From NCBI GenBank assembly GCA_050084515.1, contig CM114271.1, positions 992,001 through 1,056,000 on the forward strand: a DNA stretch of 64,000 bases. The letters run 5' to 3'. The stretch's first letter is position 1, and each line of letters opens with the position of its first letter. A program made the translations under genes and the position numbers. Shown in pieces: positions 1 through 13,689 of the stretch. A model generated the notes under the pieces. That model saw only the letters and a list, made by a program, of their open reading frames with translations, was not told where the DNA came from and did no database searches. The DNA is from Blasia pusilla (lineage: Eukaryota).

Positions 1-3000
1 CATCCAAGATCTAGCACGAGTGGCAAGATATGGCGCACCTTTCCACGAAGAACTTTGAGCTCTGCGCATAGGCGAGATCGAGTATCTTGAGGTTTGATGA
101 TATCGTCAATGTAACCGAGACTCGCTGCAACATATGGGTTGTTGAATTTTTCTTCATACTGCCGGATTTGCTGGTCTATGTTGTCTATCCCTCTGTATAA
201 AATCTCTGACGCACCCTGAGTGACAAAACAAGAGCAGCCTCATCAACAACGTTTAAGCAGAAAATTATTAAAATGTAAGAGAGAACCATCCTTGTCATGG
301 AAAGTAGCAAAAAACTAGCACCGTAAAAGCAAGAACCACAAGCTCATTGCTCCATGCAAAGGTACCCTGCTCAACCTTTACAGAAGTGGGAGGAAGACAC
401 CGTTGTCCTAAACCTGTAAAAGCAACTAAAGGAATTTGGGATGTATCAAGGTTGTATATTTCGATTGGACACCACTAGTTAAGGATTTAGGAAGTAAAAT
501 ATATGGTGCCTTGTGGGGGCAGCTCCTGGCAAATTTTGACACATCCTAATCCGACGGACTATCACAAGTCAGATTCATACAGCACCAACCAACATGGTAC
601 AATCCAATTGCCTCTTTCCTATCGTCTAACAAACCTCACTAACTTAATGATGTGCTGATCCTACTTAATGCATGTCCTGAAGGAGCAAGTTGAATGAAGA
701 AGAGTGAGGAGGTGCACTAGATGACGCACCTTTGCTCCCATTACTGCAATTTCTGCACTAGGCCAGGCAAAATTGGCATCGCCTTTGAGATGTTGTGAAC
801 TCATCACTGCCAACCAATAAACCGACCAGGATATTGTCACACTGATGAGGAGACTACACCAGTTCCAAGACAAGGATACAAAGCGAAGTTGAAGTCAATA
901 GTACATCAATTTTGAAGTCAACTCCTTCGTGAGAGAAAGAAGCAATAAAATATACCTACTCTTGTTTCAAGGGGAATGGCATCCATATGGAGAAGTAGGA
1001 AAACTCTCTAAGATTCAAAAAAGGCAACTGGACACATAATATCAGCTAAACCTAAAGAAGCTAAGTTCAGCAGGTGAACATGTACCATCATAGGCACCGC
1101 CATATGCCTTGCGAGTTATGACAGTCACTTTCGGAACAGTTGCTTCAGCATATGCGTACAGAAGTTTGGCACCGTGTCTGATGATACCCCCATGCTCTTG
1201 TGCCACACCTATTGAGAAGCAATCGTTGTGTTAAGTGTGCTTGAAGCCAACCCGATAAACTCTGGGTATGTACCAAAGTTGCACATGAACATGTGTACGA
1301 AGGATTTCTTCAATCATAGTTACCTGGAAGAAAGCCAGGGACGTCCACAAAGGTGATGATAGGAATATTGAAGCAGTCACAAAAGCGCACAAATCTGGCT
1401 GCCTTGACAGATGCATCGATATCAAGGCACCCAGCTCCAACTAATGGTTGATTGGCAACCAGCCCAACTGTTTCTCCACCCATTCTCTGCAAGAAATATC
1501 CAGAACTTCAGTGAAAGTGGTATAGTCAATTCTTACTGGCTACCATTCAAACTGACAAATAATGCAGTTCTGCACTTCTTATGAGTCAAATTGATGGAGA
1601 CGGTCGAATTTAAGTAGGCTGGGATTCCTTGTGGCGGTGAATGACGAGACTGCCACATCGAACTACCCCAAAGAATTCTTGACTGCCACAAAGAGTTCTT
1701 GGAATTTTTCATATGATGAGTAAGACGAGAACCCTTTTTCACTTACTGAAACACATCCCATAACAAAGCTTTATCGAGGGACCACTTACCGCAAAACCAA
1801 CAATGATGTTTTGAGCATAATCAGTCATTATCTCAAAAATTTCAGTATCATCAACTATCTGCAGCCCCAAGCATATAGGTCAGTTCTTGAGATTTTTAGT
1901 TACAGTAAGCATCTATGTGAGCTTTCCTCACCTTTACCATTAGCTTCAAAAGTTCTTTGTTTCTTTAGCACCCTTAGTTTTTCATCTACTCTCTGGTTGA
2001 CGAGGTGTAACACATCTAAGAGCTTCATGAGTCATGCTCTAACATCTCCCCAAAATAAGAATGATAAGGCCCGATCTAAACCCAGCTAAGATTTGCTTAA
2101 AGTGAGCAATATTATTGATAATTCAAGTTTTTTACAATTTACCTTCTCTAGAACCTCATGCATGTCGTATGGAGTGTTACTGTCTGGAGGAACAAGATAA
2201 TCCAAAGATGGTGATCTGCGATCCCTGCAATTCAGTTCAATCCACAGCTACAATCAAAACACTCGAGTTGGACAATTTGGTACAAATCTAGAAATTGCTG
2301 AAACTGACAATTAGAATTACCTTCGTTATTTAGGACCCACCGGAAACAGCTCAAAAATAGAATCTCTTAGGAAATATAGTTCCTAAATCGCCATATAAGC
2401 CGGAAGGTAGCCACCAAATCAATTTTGGCTGATGCAGGGAATCAAGCCCTTATGCTAAAACCCCTAGTTTTCGTAGCTGCAGTGAATTAGTTAGGAAATA
2501 CAAGTAATAAATCCATTACCATGCAATCAGAACTGATCACTCAGAACTACTTCCCAGGTTTGAGATGAGGTTCACATACACAGGATCTGCTGTAGGCCGT
2601 GGTCGGGCTGTTTCTCGATTGCTTGAAGGCAAATAATCCAACAAATCTCTTATCCTGGATTGAAAGGAAGTATTAACATCCGAAAAAGGCTCAGCCTTGT
2701 TATACTCCAACTTTTGGTGAGAACGAAATTCAGGTAGGAACGGAATTAAAACCGATAACTGGCAGGTTTGTAGCAACTAGAGAGTCAAAGCCTGATAGCT
2801 AGGACAATGGAGCACTATTCTAATAGTACGAGAAGCAACCTAATAACCCTATTAACCCTAAACTGTTTGTAGACCTAACTAGATATCTCTAATAGCTATT
2901 TAGACCTAACTCTCTTAACTTGGTAGACTAAGCTGCTGACAATTTACAAAGTTGTTGACCTGATACTTATGTCAAACACCACTTTCTACCTGCTGCATAA

Positions 3001-6000
3001 ACTCACCAGATCTTTGTTTTTGCTTAAATGAAATTGAATCTCTGCCTATGAGCACTGTAACTGAAGTTCACTAACTTCTCCTTTTACCTGGCTAGAGCAT
3101 CCAGGTCATTGTCGTAGGCCCCATGTGCGACACCTGATTTTTTGGTGTGTGCCTTTGCTCCTCCCAATTCCTCCTGCAGTAAACAACTTGTTGTTTGAAG
3201 ACCAATACAAGGCACGCATTTGGTATAGATGTAACCATGTGACGGATTGCGTTGTTGTGATGAAGCAGGAACAAAAATGAGGGAGAGAGCTGACCAAGAA
3301 GTCCTTGAGATAGACTTGGGGGACAGCCATCTCTGTATAATCCTAAGGTTAACTGCCAAGACAATAAATCTTCCAGCGAACACAAAGCCCTGAGAAACTA
3401 GAAGTAGTTTATTTTCTAGTCCACATGAAACGCATAGGTTCATTGGACCCTTCCTTGTGTGTGCCTTGGCATCATCAATCACAACATTCAGGACCAGGTT
3501 TCACGTTTCTAGGCTTGAACTCTCCATGCAGCGGATTTCTTCTTAGTGAAAGCAAACGGGGTTTCTCCGAGAATCAACCCATGAGCATAACCGAAGATCA
3601 CACATAATTTTGGCACACAGACGTTCTCCCTCTAACACAAGGGTCATCCATACTCTGGGTAGGGGAATGTCACTTCTCTGGGCTTCGACAACCCCCTTGT
3701 ATCAGCACCAGGAATTGAAGTTGCAACCTTTTGATTTTGACATTCTTGTGCAAGCTCAGTAACAGTGTGCTGGTATCTATGTATACACGAGGGGGAAGAA
3801 GGGGGAGACTGATGAATGACTACTAATAGCATGTCATAAGTGCATCCAAGACACTAGGACTTGTGTACACCATAATTTTGAAGCATTCTACAATTCATAA
3901 GCAATGGTTGGATGTACAAGAACCTGTGTTACTTCTTCTTGGGTGACTTGTTTGACCACATCCGGTCCAGTTACGAACATATTTGAAGTGCCTCGCACCT
4001 GTACAAGTGCCACACCAGAGGTCGGTTTCTGAGAAGATGCAATATTTAGCAATTACAAAGACAAGTCTTTGATTCTTGATGCTTAGAACTCTGGTCCATT
4101 CGTGAATCTTCAGACTCTCTGATCTGACGACAAAAGTCCTTAGTAATTCAAATCTAATAGCAGGAGCTAGAAAACCCATAGAGGATGCAGTGAATGAGTT
4201 GCACGGCCACAGTGAACAGACCATGAACACGAAATCTGTGAGTGCAGGCGAATAAACAGCTCCACCTACACATAGTAAAGCATGACAAATGTTTTCAGGC
4301 ACTAGCCACCTGCGGGACAAAGTGTCATTCACAAAAGACATGCTTTTCTTTGTTGAGTTGTTTGGTGACGACCAGCTTAAGTTGAGTGACGACCAATCAC
4401 ACGATTGGATATCTGTATGTGTGGGTGCAAATAACGGCATGACGTATGGCTACCAAGCACATACTAAGTGAGATCCTCTAACCATTGGCCACAGGAAAGC
4501 AGAAGAGAATAGAAGCTAATACGCTAAACCCTTGCTCATGTTAGCATTATGGTATGAATCTGGACAAACATCTATCATTCTCCAAAACTCAAAAGTCGAA
4601 GTTAGGATGTATACCAGCACAGGGCCCCATGATAAGTGAAACTTGAGGAACAACTCCAGATGCCATGACATTTCTCTGGAGAAGGAACAGTAGTTATAGT
4701 TAGTACTGAATACAAAGTAAATGCTCATTCCCTCAGATAGCAAGGATATCTGCCTCATTACAAAATTTCAATAGCGTACCTCTGCAAACATGGAAGATTT
4801 ACTCTTTACAGTTTCTAAATCCAGTATGAAAATAGCAAAAGATATTGGTGTACCCTCACATGAGTTAAAGACAGAGTATACAGGTTGCTTTTCAAAGGCA
4901 TCTTACCTGAAAAACCTCTGCATATCCCGCAAGAGATAACACCCCTTCTTGGATCCGAGCTCCTCCAGAGTCATTGAGTCCAATCACCTGCAGTTTGTCC
5001 ATACTTTTGCATACTTAGACCATCATCTTGAACCCACATTTGAGATTGCTTGCTTCTTGGACTACTTGTATATCAATTGTGTTGTGAGAAACTTACTGGT
5101 GCACCAACTTCCATGGCCTTGTCTAGAATCTGCAGAAAAAGGTACACCAGCATGAGCCAAAATGAGGTCCAGAAAATAAAAGTTCCTGTTGCGACACTGC
5201 ACAATGACCAAGCATAACTAATGCGCAAAGTTCAAAGACAACAGAATTGCTGGAAAATCACAACTAAAACATATTTGAAGATCTTAAGATCTTCAGTTTT
5301 CAATGAACAGTAGTATGTATAGAGATGGTCAGAGAAGCACAAAGGACAAAGACACTCACTTTACAAATTTTCTGCGCATGTGTCTCTGAGAGGCTACCTC
5401 CAAACACAGTGAAGTCTTGACTGTAAACAAACACTTGCCTGCACGTCATGTCCAACATATCTACTGTAAGAATGAACAATGACTTCAAGCTACTTCAGAA
5501 GCAGTAAATATAAGATTTTTTTCTTGAATTTCCGCAGATGTGGTTTCAGTAAGAGTGATGGTAATTCAACATTAGGCAGCCATACCTCCCATTGATAGTG
5601 CCGCTACCAGTCACTACTCCTGCACAGTGTAAACATGTTGAGTTAGGATACCTCAGCATGCACTCCATACATGCAGCAGGAAGCACAGTGTGGACAAGAC
5701 ATGCCCATCCAACTGGGAAGAAGGCTGTAGGCAGTAAGGGCTAGTAAATACTTCATTTCCATTCCAACACCACGGCAACATTCAACGAGCAAGAAGTTTA
5801 GTGAGACCTCCACATTTCATACATACCATCTCCATGGATGCGCTTGTTAGCCATTCCAAAATCGTTACAGCGGTGTTGGACAAACATTCCTGATCATTTA
5901 AATGGTGATATCAAAATCATGTCAATTCCAAAAATGAAGCACTACTACTTTGCCAGGTAGTTAACTACATCTGAAAATCACAAATGGTTTTTCTGTGAGA

Positions 6001-6875
6001 GAAATTCACACAGTTGTTTATCAGGAGACATTGACCCCAACCTCCCTACGCAAGTGATGTAACTTCTTCCGCAAAGAAGATTGACTAAGAATGTGACCAG
6101 AAAATGAGTTACCGTTCTTCTTTCCTCGTTGGTCAAAACTTTTGATTGTCAATCCAAAAAAAATCTACTCCCAATTTTAAAGAGATAAGCTCAGGAAAAT
6201 CACCAGTTTCAAGAAAAGATCCTTCATCCAGAAGCACATCTAGTCGCTCTCTTGCAGTCAGCTGCAAAATCTTATCCAAGAAGAAATGATCAACAACAAT
6301 TGCAAGGAAAGCTACCAAAATTGAGACAAATACTGGATACCAGGAAACCCAGGTGACGACAATCAGCATGGAATCAATAAAAGCATATTCTCTGAGATGT
6401 ACAGTCGCATCTGTGGAAATCCAGAATCGTCGTTTATTGTTTTTGGTAAAAAGGATTTCACAGAGAATATTAAGTCTTGCCTTTCCCGAAAGGTGATGCT
6501 TCGCTATTCGTGTTTCTCCACCTCCCACCAATGCTTCCTGCTTGGCTGCATTCAACCGATCTGCTTGAATCTGGAAGCATAATACATAAACAAAAGATGA
6601 GGAGAAGACAACTGCCAGTATCCATTGATAATGATCATTGTGTTAGGCTATGGTTTGGCATTTTCTGATAGAAGGGACAACAGTTTGATCAGGTTTCCAA
6701 CAAGAATTAAGTTCGAGCACCTGGATAAAGGGTGAACATAGATCCAAAAACTTTGTGGAAAGGGTACCTAAAGCTACATTTGCAGATATAATTGGCTGGA
6801 GGGGATCAGCTAAACTTAACAACTCACTCCTTCACAGGTGGAGATAGAGCAAATGTATTTCCTTCCAAATTCCAT
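1..6875 (-). CDS. PCCB: Propionyl-CoA carboxylase beta (carboxyltransferase) subunit, multi-exon. The last exon lies beyond the left edge and the 5' end is uncertain.
   Basis: Phase-compatible exons (approx.): 6875-6828, 6570-6481, 6262-6203, 5889-5827, 5619-5586, 5438-5361, 5129-5097, 4987-4907, 4675-4615, 4266-4223, 3998-3924, 3174-3088, 2654-2580, 2224-2142, 1858-1790, 1487-1325, 1208-1086, 806-730, 215-39. They translate without stops: [112 protein letters not shown]. These are PCCB-type motifs, not MCCB-type. Confidence 0.93.
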
Positions 6876-7319
6876 ATGGAAACTGCAATCCAACTACTTT
6901 TCACTAAATGACACATCTTTGATTAGTGATCTGCATGGGAAATGAAAGAAATCTACCTGTTTCTTACCGTGCAGAAATTGGTATGCTTCCTGCATTACAA
7001 CAGCAAGGAACTACATTAGTCTTACCTCTTCCTAAACAATAGCTGAAGACAAAACTTTGGTCATTTCCTTTCAACTAGAAACTGAAAAATCAGTATCTTC
7101 ATTGCCTTGCTCTTCCAGCCAGGGCCTAAGTGCCACAAGCTGCGTCCAAGGTCGACTGCACTTATCTAGGGTAATATTCTCTGTCCAAGAAATGGGAAAG
7201 GTGACTGCATTGAATTTTAGTCGTCTTTGAAAAGATTAATGAACTGATTTATTCTCCACAGGGAACCACCAACTGTAAAGCGTATTACAATGAAGACCGT
7301 GGTCGTAAGTAGTGCCAAT

Positions 7320-8580
7320 TCCTTGCAACCATAGATCACGCATAATGGTTGGATGGTGAATTAGAACCATAGTGATTGGGATGAGTGAATCCTTAAGGGG
7401 GGAATAAATGAAGAAAGTACCATATGGGTTGACCTTAGAGAAGGAGCTTGTCCCTCTACCATGCTAGCTCACCATGTTGAAGCTGCTTTGAACACAAAGT
7501 GTCGTTGGGTTTCCATTTGCCGCATCTTGTGTAGTATGCTTGTCCGTTGTCGGTCCTGTGTACTTAGTGTGATCAACGGATGAAGACACCTTCCTGGGGA
7601 CGAGTGAGGTGGTCGTCCTTAACCTAAGTTCATTCCACAGACCTGATCGGTACGTGGCCAACACTTTCTCCCGTTTATGGGGAAGTTTCACTCTGCGTTG
7701 GTAGGTTAAATCTGAGAAGATCCTGATGAGTGTTTCCTCAGCTGGGCTTTGCTTAAAAGAATTGACAGTCGTATGGCAGGTTTGCCAGATTGTCGTCCAA
7801 AGCTTTCTTATTATCTTCTAAGACCTGCCCGCTGTGAGATGGGTCAAATTGGAATAGGAAGGATGTGGAATTTCCATCAGTGCCTAGGCCCAGTCGTATA
7901 GAGAAGTAGGTTGCCATGGGAGTGACCTCAAGGACTAAAAATACCTCACATTGTAAAAGTAAATGGTCATCTTTGTCTTCGTGACGAAGACAATGATGAC
8001 CATTTGAGTCTACAACGTGAGGTATTTTCAGTCTTAAGAGCTCTTGGGACTTCCTGCCCTGTAGTTCGACCAGTTTGTCTGCCTCACCTTCGATCATTTC
8101 CTAAGCTAATTGTATGGCGACCTCTGTGATTTGTATGGTAAAATCAGCTGGTTGCTCTCCCCCAATATCCTTCCGTTATCATCGGTGAGGTGAGTTGGCT
8201 TTTTCCCTTGTATTGTTGGAGTACTCTCTCCATTTCAGAGCTACTATGTTTGAAGGCTGCTGCAAGGTCTATCGTCCATTGTACATTTCCTCTCTCAAGA
8301 TAGCCAGCTTCCCCTCCATGGATTCACACTGTGTGGTCCATTCGAGGAATTTCATCTCCTGGCTGGTGATCCGTTGTTGTTGAGCGACTCGGATCCAAGT
8401 GCCTTGGTTTTAGCTTCCATGGATCTCACCCATTTGGCGTCAATTATTTTGGCCAGGTCGTCTCATGCTCCCTTCGTTCCTGTGTCCTCCCCCAACGGTG
8501 GAGGTGGGGAGGAATTCTTCTTCATGGTTTGGCCTGGTCTCTTCTTCTTGCATTGGGCAATTCCGATAGTTTCTTTTCCT
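7320..8580 (-). mobile_element. Possible degenerate non-LTR retroelement ORF1-like remnant
   Basis: Intronless, stop-interrupted, charged coiled-coil-like frames (7753-8097, 7464-7691) lying between exon-like blocks. No diagnostic motif is intact. Confidence 0.2.
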
Positions 8581-8592
8581 CTAATTGATTAG

Positions 8593-8678
8593 GATGATGG
8601 AAAACCCATCAGGAATAAAAAAAAACCGGGGGCGGTTGGGCCACAACCGGCCCGATTAACACTGATTATTAGCACATG
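8593..8678 (-). mobile_element. Very short 3'-end copy of the CRE-like retroelement family, flanked by a 12 bp direct repeat
   Basis: Shares AAACCCATCAGGA and GCCACAACCGGCCC with the element end at 15127-15197. CTAATTGATTAG occurs at 8581-8592 and 8679-8690. Confidence 0.55.
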
Positions 8679-10071
8679 CTAATTGATTAGCATGTGTCAC
8701 TTCTCCCCTCGTTGCTCCCTGCATTTGATTTTGGCAAAGAAATTTCCACCATGCTGTTGGTGGGTAGTATTGACTGCCCTTTCATCCTTCCAACTCTCAT
8801 AGCCGCTCAGTCCAACACTTAAGATCTACTGCATGGGTCAGATTTCCAATTGCAACTCAGTAGCCATCTCTTCAAATTCCACTAAGAATTTGAAGTGTGG
8901 TGCGAATTTGGTGTGTTTCAGGACACGCGATGGGTCACCTGAGCTTCCATTCGTGGGATTGAGCAGGAAGCTCTCGACCCATTGGCTCTCAATCACATTT
9001 TCAGCTAAAACGAACGGTCATCGCACACCCCAAAGTGGAGAAGATAGACTGAATCAGAATTCCCCTAGATATCCTAGTTCTTGATACGAATCTGCCATTT
9101 GTTGTCTTGGTAGGGGTGTTTAAGCTAGTAGAATCAGATTTTGCAAGGACCCATGACCTATTATGACCTCCAAATCTAATTTTTAATGAGAAATCGCCAT
9201 CCAGACATACTACCCTGCAGTCATTCATTCCGGAGAAACGTCTAGCTAACCAAAAACGAAAGAGAGAGAATAAATGAATGAAAAGATTTCTTGTCCACGG
9301 ATCCACGGGGAGCCCAGGGGGCCACATGACTTAGTTTTGTGAATTGTATAGCAGTTAGACAAGAAGGGGCAGAGATATAATCTACCTGCTTCATAGATCT
9401 CCCAGTATTCATGAAGATATGGTACTGTCTTATTCTTTAACCATTTTGAGACTTATTGCCCTTGTTCTCCCAGATCTTCTGGTGCAGACCCCAATTGATA
9501 GAGATAGAATTGCTTTGTAGTTGCTCCAACAGGTCCTGCTTGGTGCTTGTTGACAGGTCATGGATAGAAATGCCCCATTTTCTGACCCGGTCACTACAAT
9601 CATAGTGCCAGTTTTTCACCCCAGCAGCAGAATCATTCTTAGAGGCTTCAAAAGGTATTGCAGAGAGACGATAAGGGTTATCGTCACGGGTATCTTGAAG
9701 GTGTTGGTGGAATGTGATAAGATTTTTTACAGCATAAATCTCCATTCGTACCTCAGCAAAGTCAGCCAGGAGCCGGTCATGGGGAGTTCGTTCTCATAAT
9801 GCCCAAGCTCTGTGCCATGAAGAGCTTCGGAGGGACCTCTAGGCCCTTAGGCCATTCATAGGGGCTGGGTTCCCAAACTTCTCAGGCACATAGCATGGAG
9901 CAGAGTGGAGAAGGAATGAGGCAATATATTGTCTACAGGGACCCAAAGAAAAAATGATGAACCTCAATAAATATGCGTGATGGAAAACCCATGGGAATCA
10001 AAAGGTTGGATGCAGCACTGGGACTCGTAGACTACTCATTTAGTGTCTGTGGTAGCCTTGTGTTTATAGAC

Positions 10072-10110
10072 CCCCGCGCCCTGGTTGGATGGAGCTACCA
10101 GGGCGCGGGG
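10072..10110. repeat. Perfect GC-rich inverted repeat (14 bp stem, 11 nt loop)
   Basis: CCCCGCGCCCTGGT (10072-10085) is the exact reverse complement of ACCAGGGCGCGGGG (10097-10110). Confidence 0.9.
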
Positions 10111-13100
10111 TAGAGAGATAGAGAGCGAAGACTTACCAACTGGTAATTCTTGGATTGCTCTTGTTTAGACGTGACAGTTACAGATCAGCCAATCATTGAA
10201 ACATTCATTACTGAAGATGAGATCTTACTGTGAAATGGATAAATGAACTAGCATGAAATTGGAGAGCACATACCTGGACAGTAGTGTCCAAGGTCGCTGG
10301 ACCATGCAACAAGCGATGGAGGGCAAGTTTCATGGGCATAGCAGCACCATCTAAGCAGTTGTGAGGCTTATTGTCAGCTCTGAAGTTGTGCCCGACCACC
10401 AACTAGCACAAGGGACCACCAGATGTAACCACGTTGGCTCGAGAGAAATGATCACTGGGATTTTATCTTGCAGTGATTAGGAGAATGCACATTGAACATG
10501 ATTTTCACACTGTTTCTAATACCATGGTAAGCTAGAAAATATGAAAAAAAATATTGATCAAATCTCAGCATGACGTGCCCACCACATGAAATCTCTTCAA
10601 CAGATTGATGATAAAAAGAAATGATGAGTCTGGAAATTGTTTGCCAGTACCTTGCTAAAGTCTCTCAAAGCAGGATTCCATATCCGAGCTCGAGTTTGTT
10701 GGAACAAAATGAAGGATGGATCCATCACCATTCTGTGACCAATCTTCAAAGCTGCACAATCAAACAAGAAACAGCTCCTGAAGATCTTCTCACATCCCTA
10801 GCGGTCAGGTACATCTCTAATGATGGGACAAAGTGGGTGATGATGCACTGTTGAACAAGTAGGGACAATGAGCTTAGCCTGGACTGCCCCAGTAGTCCTT
10901 CCGACACTCCATTATCAGCAATATTTGTAATGCATGTCAAGAAAGCAATTGACTTTTCTGTAATTTCTACACCAATATAGCCAATTAATCCAAGTTTACA
11001 TGCCAAAGAGCCCTATTCGGGGTTCAACCACTTCAAATTCCAGATACCAGTTTCCATATTACTTTCTCTGTTAAACCTTTGTTAATAATCTTCATCTTGT
11101 CTTTATAAACATCTAAATCTCAAGAATGTAGTGTATACCATTTAAGTGATTGTGCATGTTATGCCCCACAACAGAGGTTTCTGGTGTAAGAGCTGTTTTC
11201 TCTTGTTCCTGCACATGACCTCCACATACTACAACAGATAAGAAGATGGATACAATCTCATGAAATTTATTTCTTCTGTGTGCTCGAAAGGAACACTGGT
11301 ACAACTTTCACAAGTGATTATGCAATTGAATCCACTATTTGATAAAACTGGATTGTGCACCTGCTTTCACACCTGAATATCACTTTAAGTGACTTTCACT
11401 GTTTCTAGATTTTCTAGCGAGACAAATGTAATGTATGTTTTGTAGTTGCACACCTTTTCATAGCACATCATCACAACATCCTCAAAATCATGGCCTTCCC
11501 CAGTCATCTTTTGAAATGAGAACTAAGTTGATCACCAAAACCCAACATTGGAAGAAAGTTTATCAAACTTGGGCGGTCAATATCTACCTTTCTATGCAGA
11601 AAGTCACCCCATTATATTGTGATTCGCCTATTATAGGAACAGATGAGCACATGATTGAGACTCAATCAAGCACTTTGCATGCTGACCACTTCAGGGTTGT
11701 TAGGTTGTGGTTCCGCATTTTCTATCATCTCTATGTTCAGATTGCTCTTCATCCACTCATGGACTAATTTAGCTATCTAAGACCAGGGTACATAACATAT
11801 ATTCAACATATAATAACTTTCCTAAGAAACAAGCTTTTGTGTGGCCACAAAGAGAGTATTTACGACGTATTGTCAATTCCTTTTGCGGTTACATGATAAG
11901 TTTGAATAAGCCAGGGAGCCATGGAAATCTTAGCAAAAGGAGAGTTGGTGAACCTGAAGTTTCCTTTCATCTTTCCAGGTCTGCAAAAAAGGTGCGCGGA
12001 CATCCCTAGGATGCTTAGCAGGATCATGTTGCAAGCTGATTTTGTCACTACTGGCCAAGAATTGTTGCCAGGGGCCCTCGGTCCGGCTCACACCTTGCAG
12101 CTTAGCCTGCTTGACAATTGTCACAAGGTCCTGGAGAGGAGAAAAACCATCCGGAATAATCAGCACAAGTGATAATAATTGGGTCCACATACTTCATGCC
12201 TATATGCACTCACACAGGCAAAGTATTACTGTCAAGCATAAACGTCATTAAATCCATTAAATCACACTGGTCGTGCTGATATTGTCAAGATAATCCAGGT
12301 ACCCAACAAATTTCCTTCATCACAAGACAGGTGCGGAGTCAGGCCCATCTTTTAGTTGTCTTGGGCACATAGAAGAGACAGATCCTGAAGGAAAATCAAT
12401 TCATTACAACGACACTCTCCTCCAGTTTCTCCCACAGTTTATTTGGAACTTTGAATAAAGGCAGTCCAACTTCGATTTGAAGATGTATCTCTTGTTACAG
12501 TTGGTGAGGGTGAAAAGTGCTGAAGCCTAAAATGGCCAGAATAAGAGGCAAAATCTCAGGCCTTGTCTTCTCAAAGCTGCAGATGCAAACTCCTGCTACA
12601 GTCAAGCCGCTCATTCTCATTGACAAAAGTTTGTGGCCTCTGGAGCTTAAATTCCTGCACAGGATGGAGGGACGAATAAAACAGGATCCCCTCCTGTGAC
12701 ACCAACTGCTCTTACAATGAGTGTGATCTCCCCCCTGAGCTGACGCTCCGTTATGCAAGGCGTCTGAGCTTATTCCTCTTAAAGATGACATTTGCCAGTC
12801 CTGTCATGGACCAGCTTTCAGATTTTCCAGGGTTTAACGCCCACGAACAGTTTGAGAGACAACAACGGCACATACGTCTGCGCTCCCAAAGGAGTAGCAC
12901 AACGACTTGAAACCGCTTGGTGCTTGAATGAAACTGAAGAGGGATAAGACAAATCAACGCTCGTAATCCCACACCATACGACGACAAGGACAATACAGAT
13001 CGCATAAAACACTGTGGTAAATATTCTTAGACGGTCACTGAATTGCGAAATGAATGAGTATATTTTCTGACCACGGGGACCAGAGGGTCATTGGACTTAG

Positions 13101-13689
13101 TTTTGCGAGTTCAGAGAGAGTTGAGTTATTTTTCTAGTCCATGGGAAGCCGAAAGGCTTATGGGACCCCATCGCATCCGACAGCCTCCTTCAAATCCAGA
13201 TTTCAAGCATTTTTGCTTGAAATCTCCAAATTTCCGACTGAGGATATTTGTTTCGTCAACGAAGGCCCCATTTTTTTTCCAAATTCTTAACACAGGAGCA
13301 CAGTCAAGTCAAGGAACACAAAAGAGAGAAGATTAATGAAAGAAAGAAAGGAGTATTGTCCACGGGATCCCCGAGCGCCATGGGACTTCGATTTGAAAAT
13401 TGTGCAACAGGGCAGAGAGAAACCTCTGTCTCAGGTTTAGTAAAAGCGCCGAGTGACTTCAATCGTCCAATTGGCCTCATCTTCATTTCTAGATTCGCTT
13501 ACGAAAGCTTCTGCTTCCACCTTGCCACGAAACCGAGTAACCAACGACACAATCCCTCTGTGTACGAATAACACCACCTGCGCTGGATGAGCTTAATCAA
13601 TTATACCCTTAAGCGCAACGCAATTCTCCTCACATCTCATCTCACTATCGTCAGTCCTCGGTTCTTCCGTCTACGAACGACTCCACCTG

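Larger units (their letters stand above)
7026..13005 (-). pseudogene. Decayed multi-exon gene remnant of unknown identity
   Basis: Protein-like blocks, several bounded by AG/GT, at ~12810-12302, ~11415-10651, 10402-10274, 10210-10137, ~9932-9386 and ~7272-7026. Long frames are broken by isolated stops and frameshifts, e.g. LRA*RSLRSSSWHRAWAL*ERTPHDRLLADFAEVRMEIYAVKNL. No family recognised. Confidence 0.35.

Noticed and set aside
1..6875. Assignment as methylcrotonyl-CoA carboxylase beta (the usual plant enzyme)
   Set aside because: The motifs are PCCB-type ([28 protein letters not shown]). The MCCB-type NDATVKGG and DSGGANL motifs are absent.
9290..13410. Short similar segments (CCACGG...GACTT) at ~9295-9345, ~13070-13110 and ~13357-13400
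   Set aside because: Probably an old dispersed repeat, but the similarity is too short and patchy to delimit by eye.
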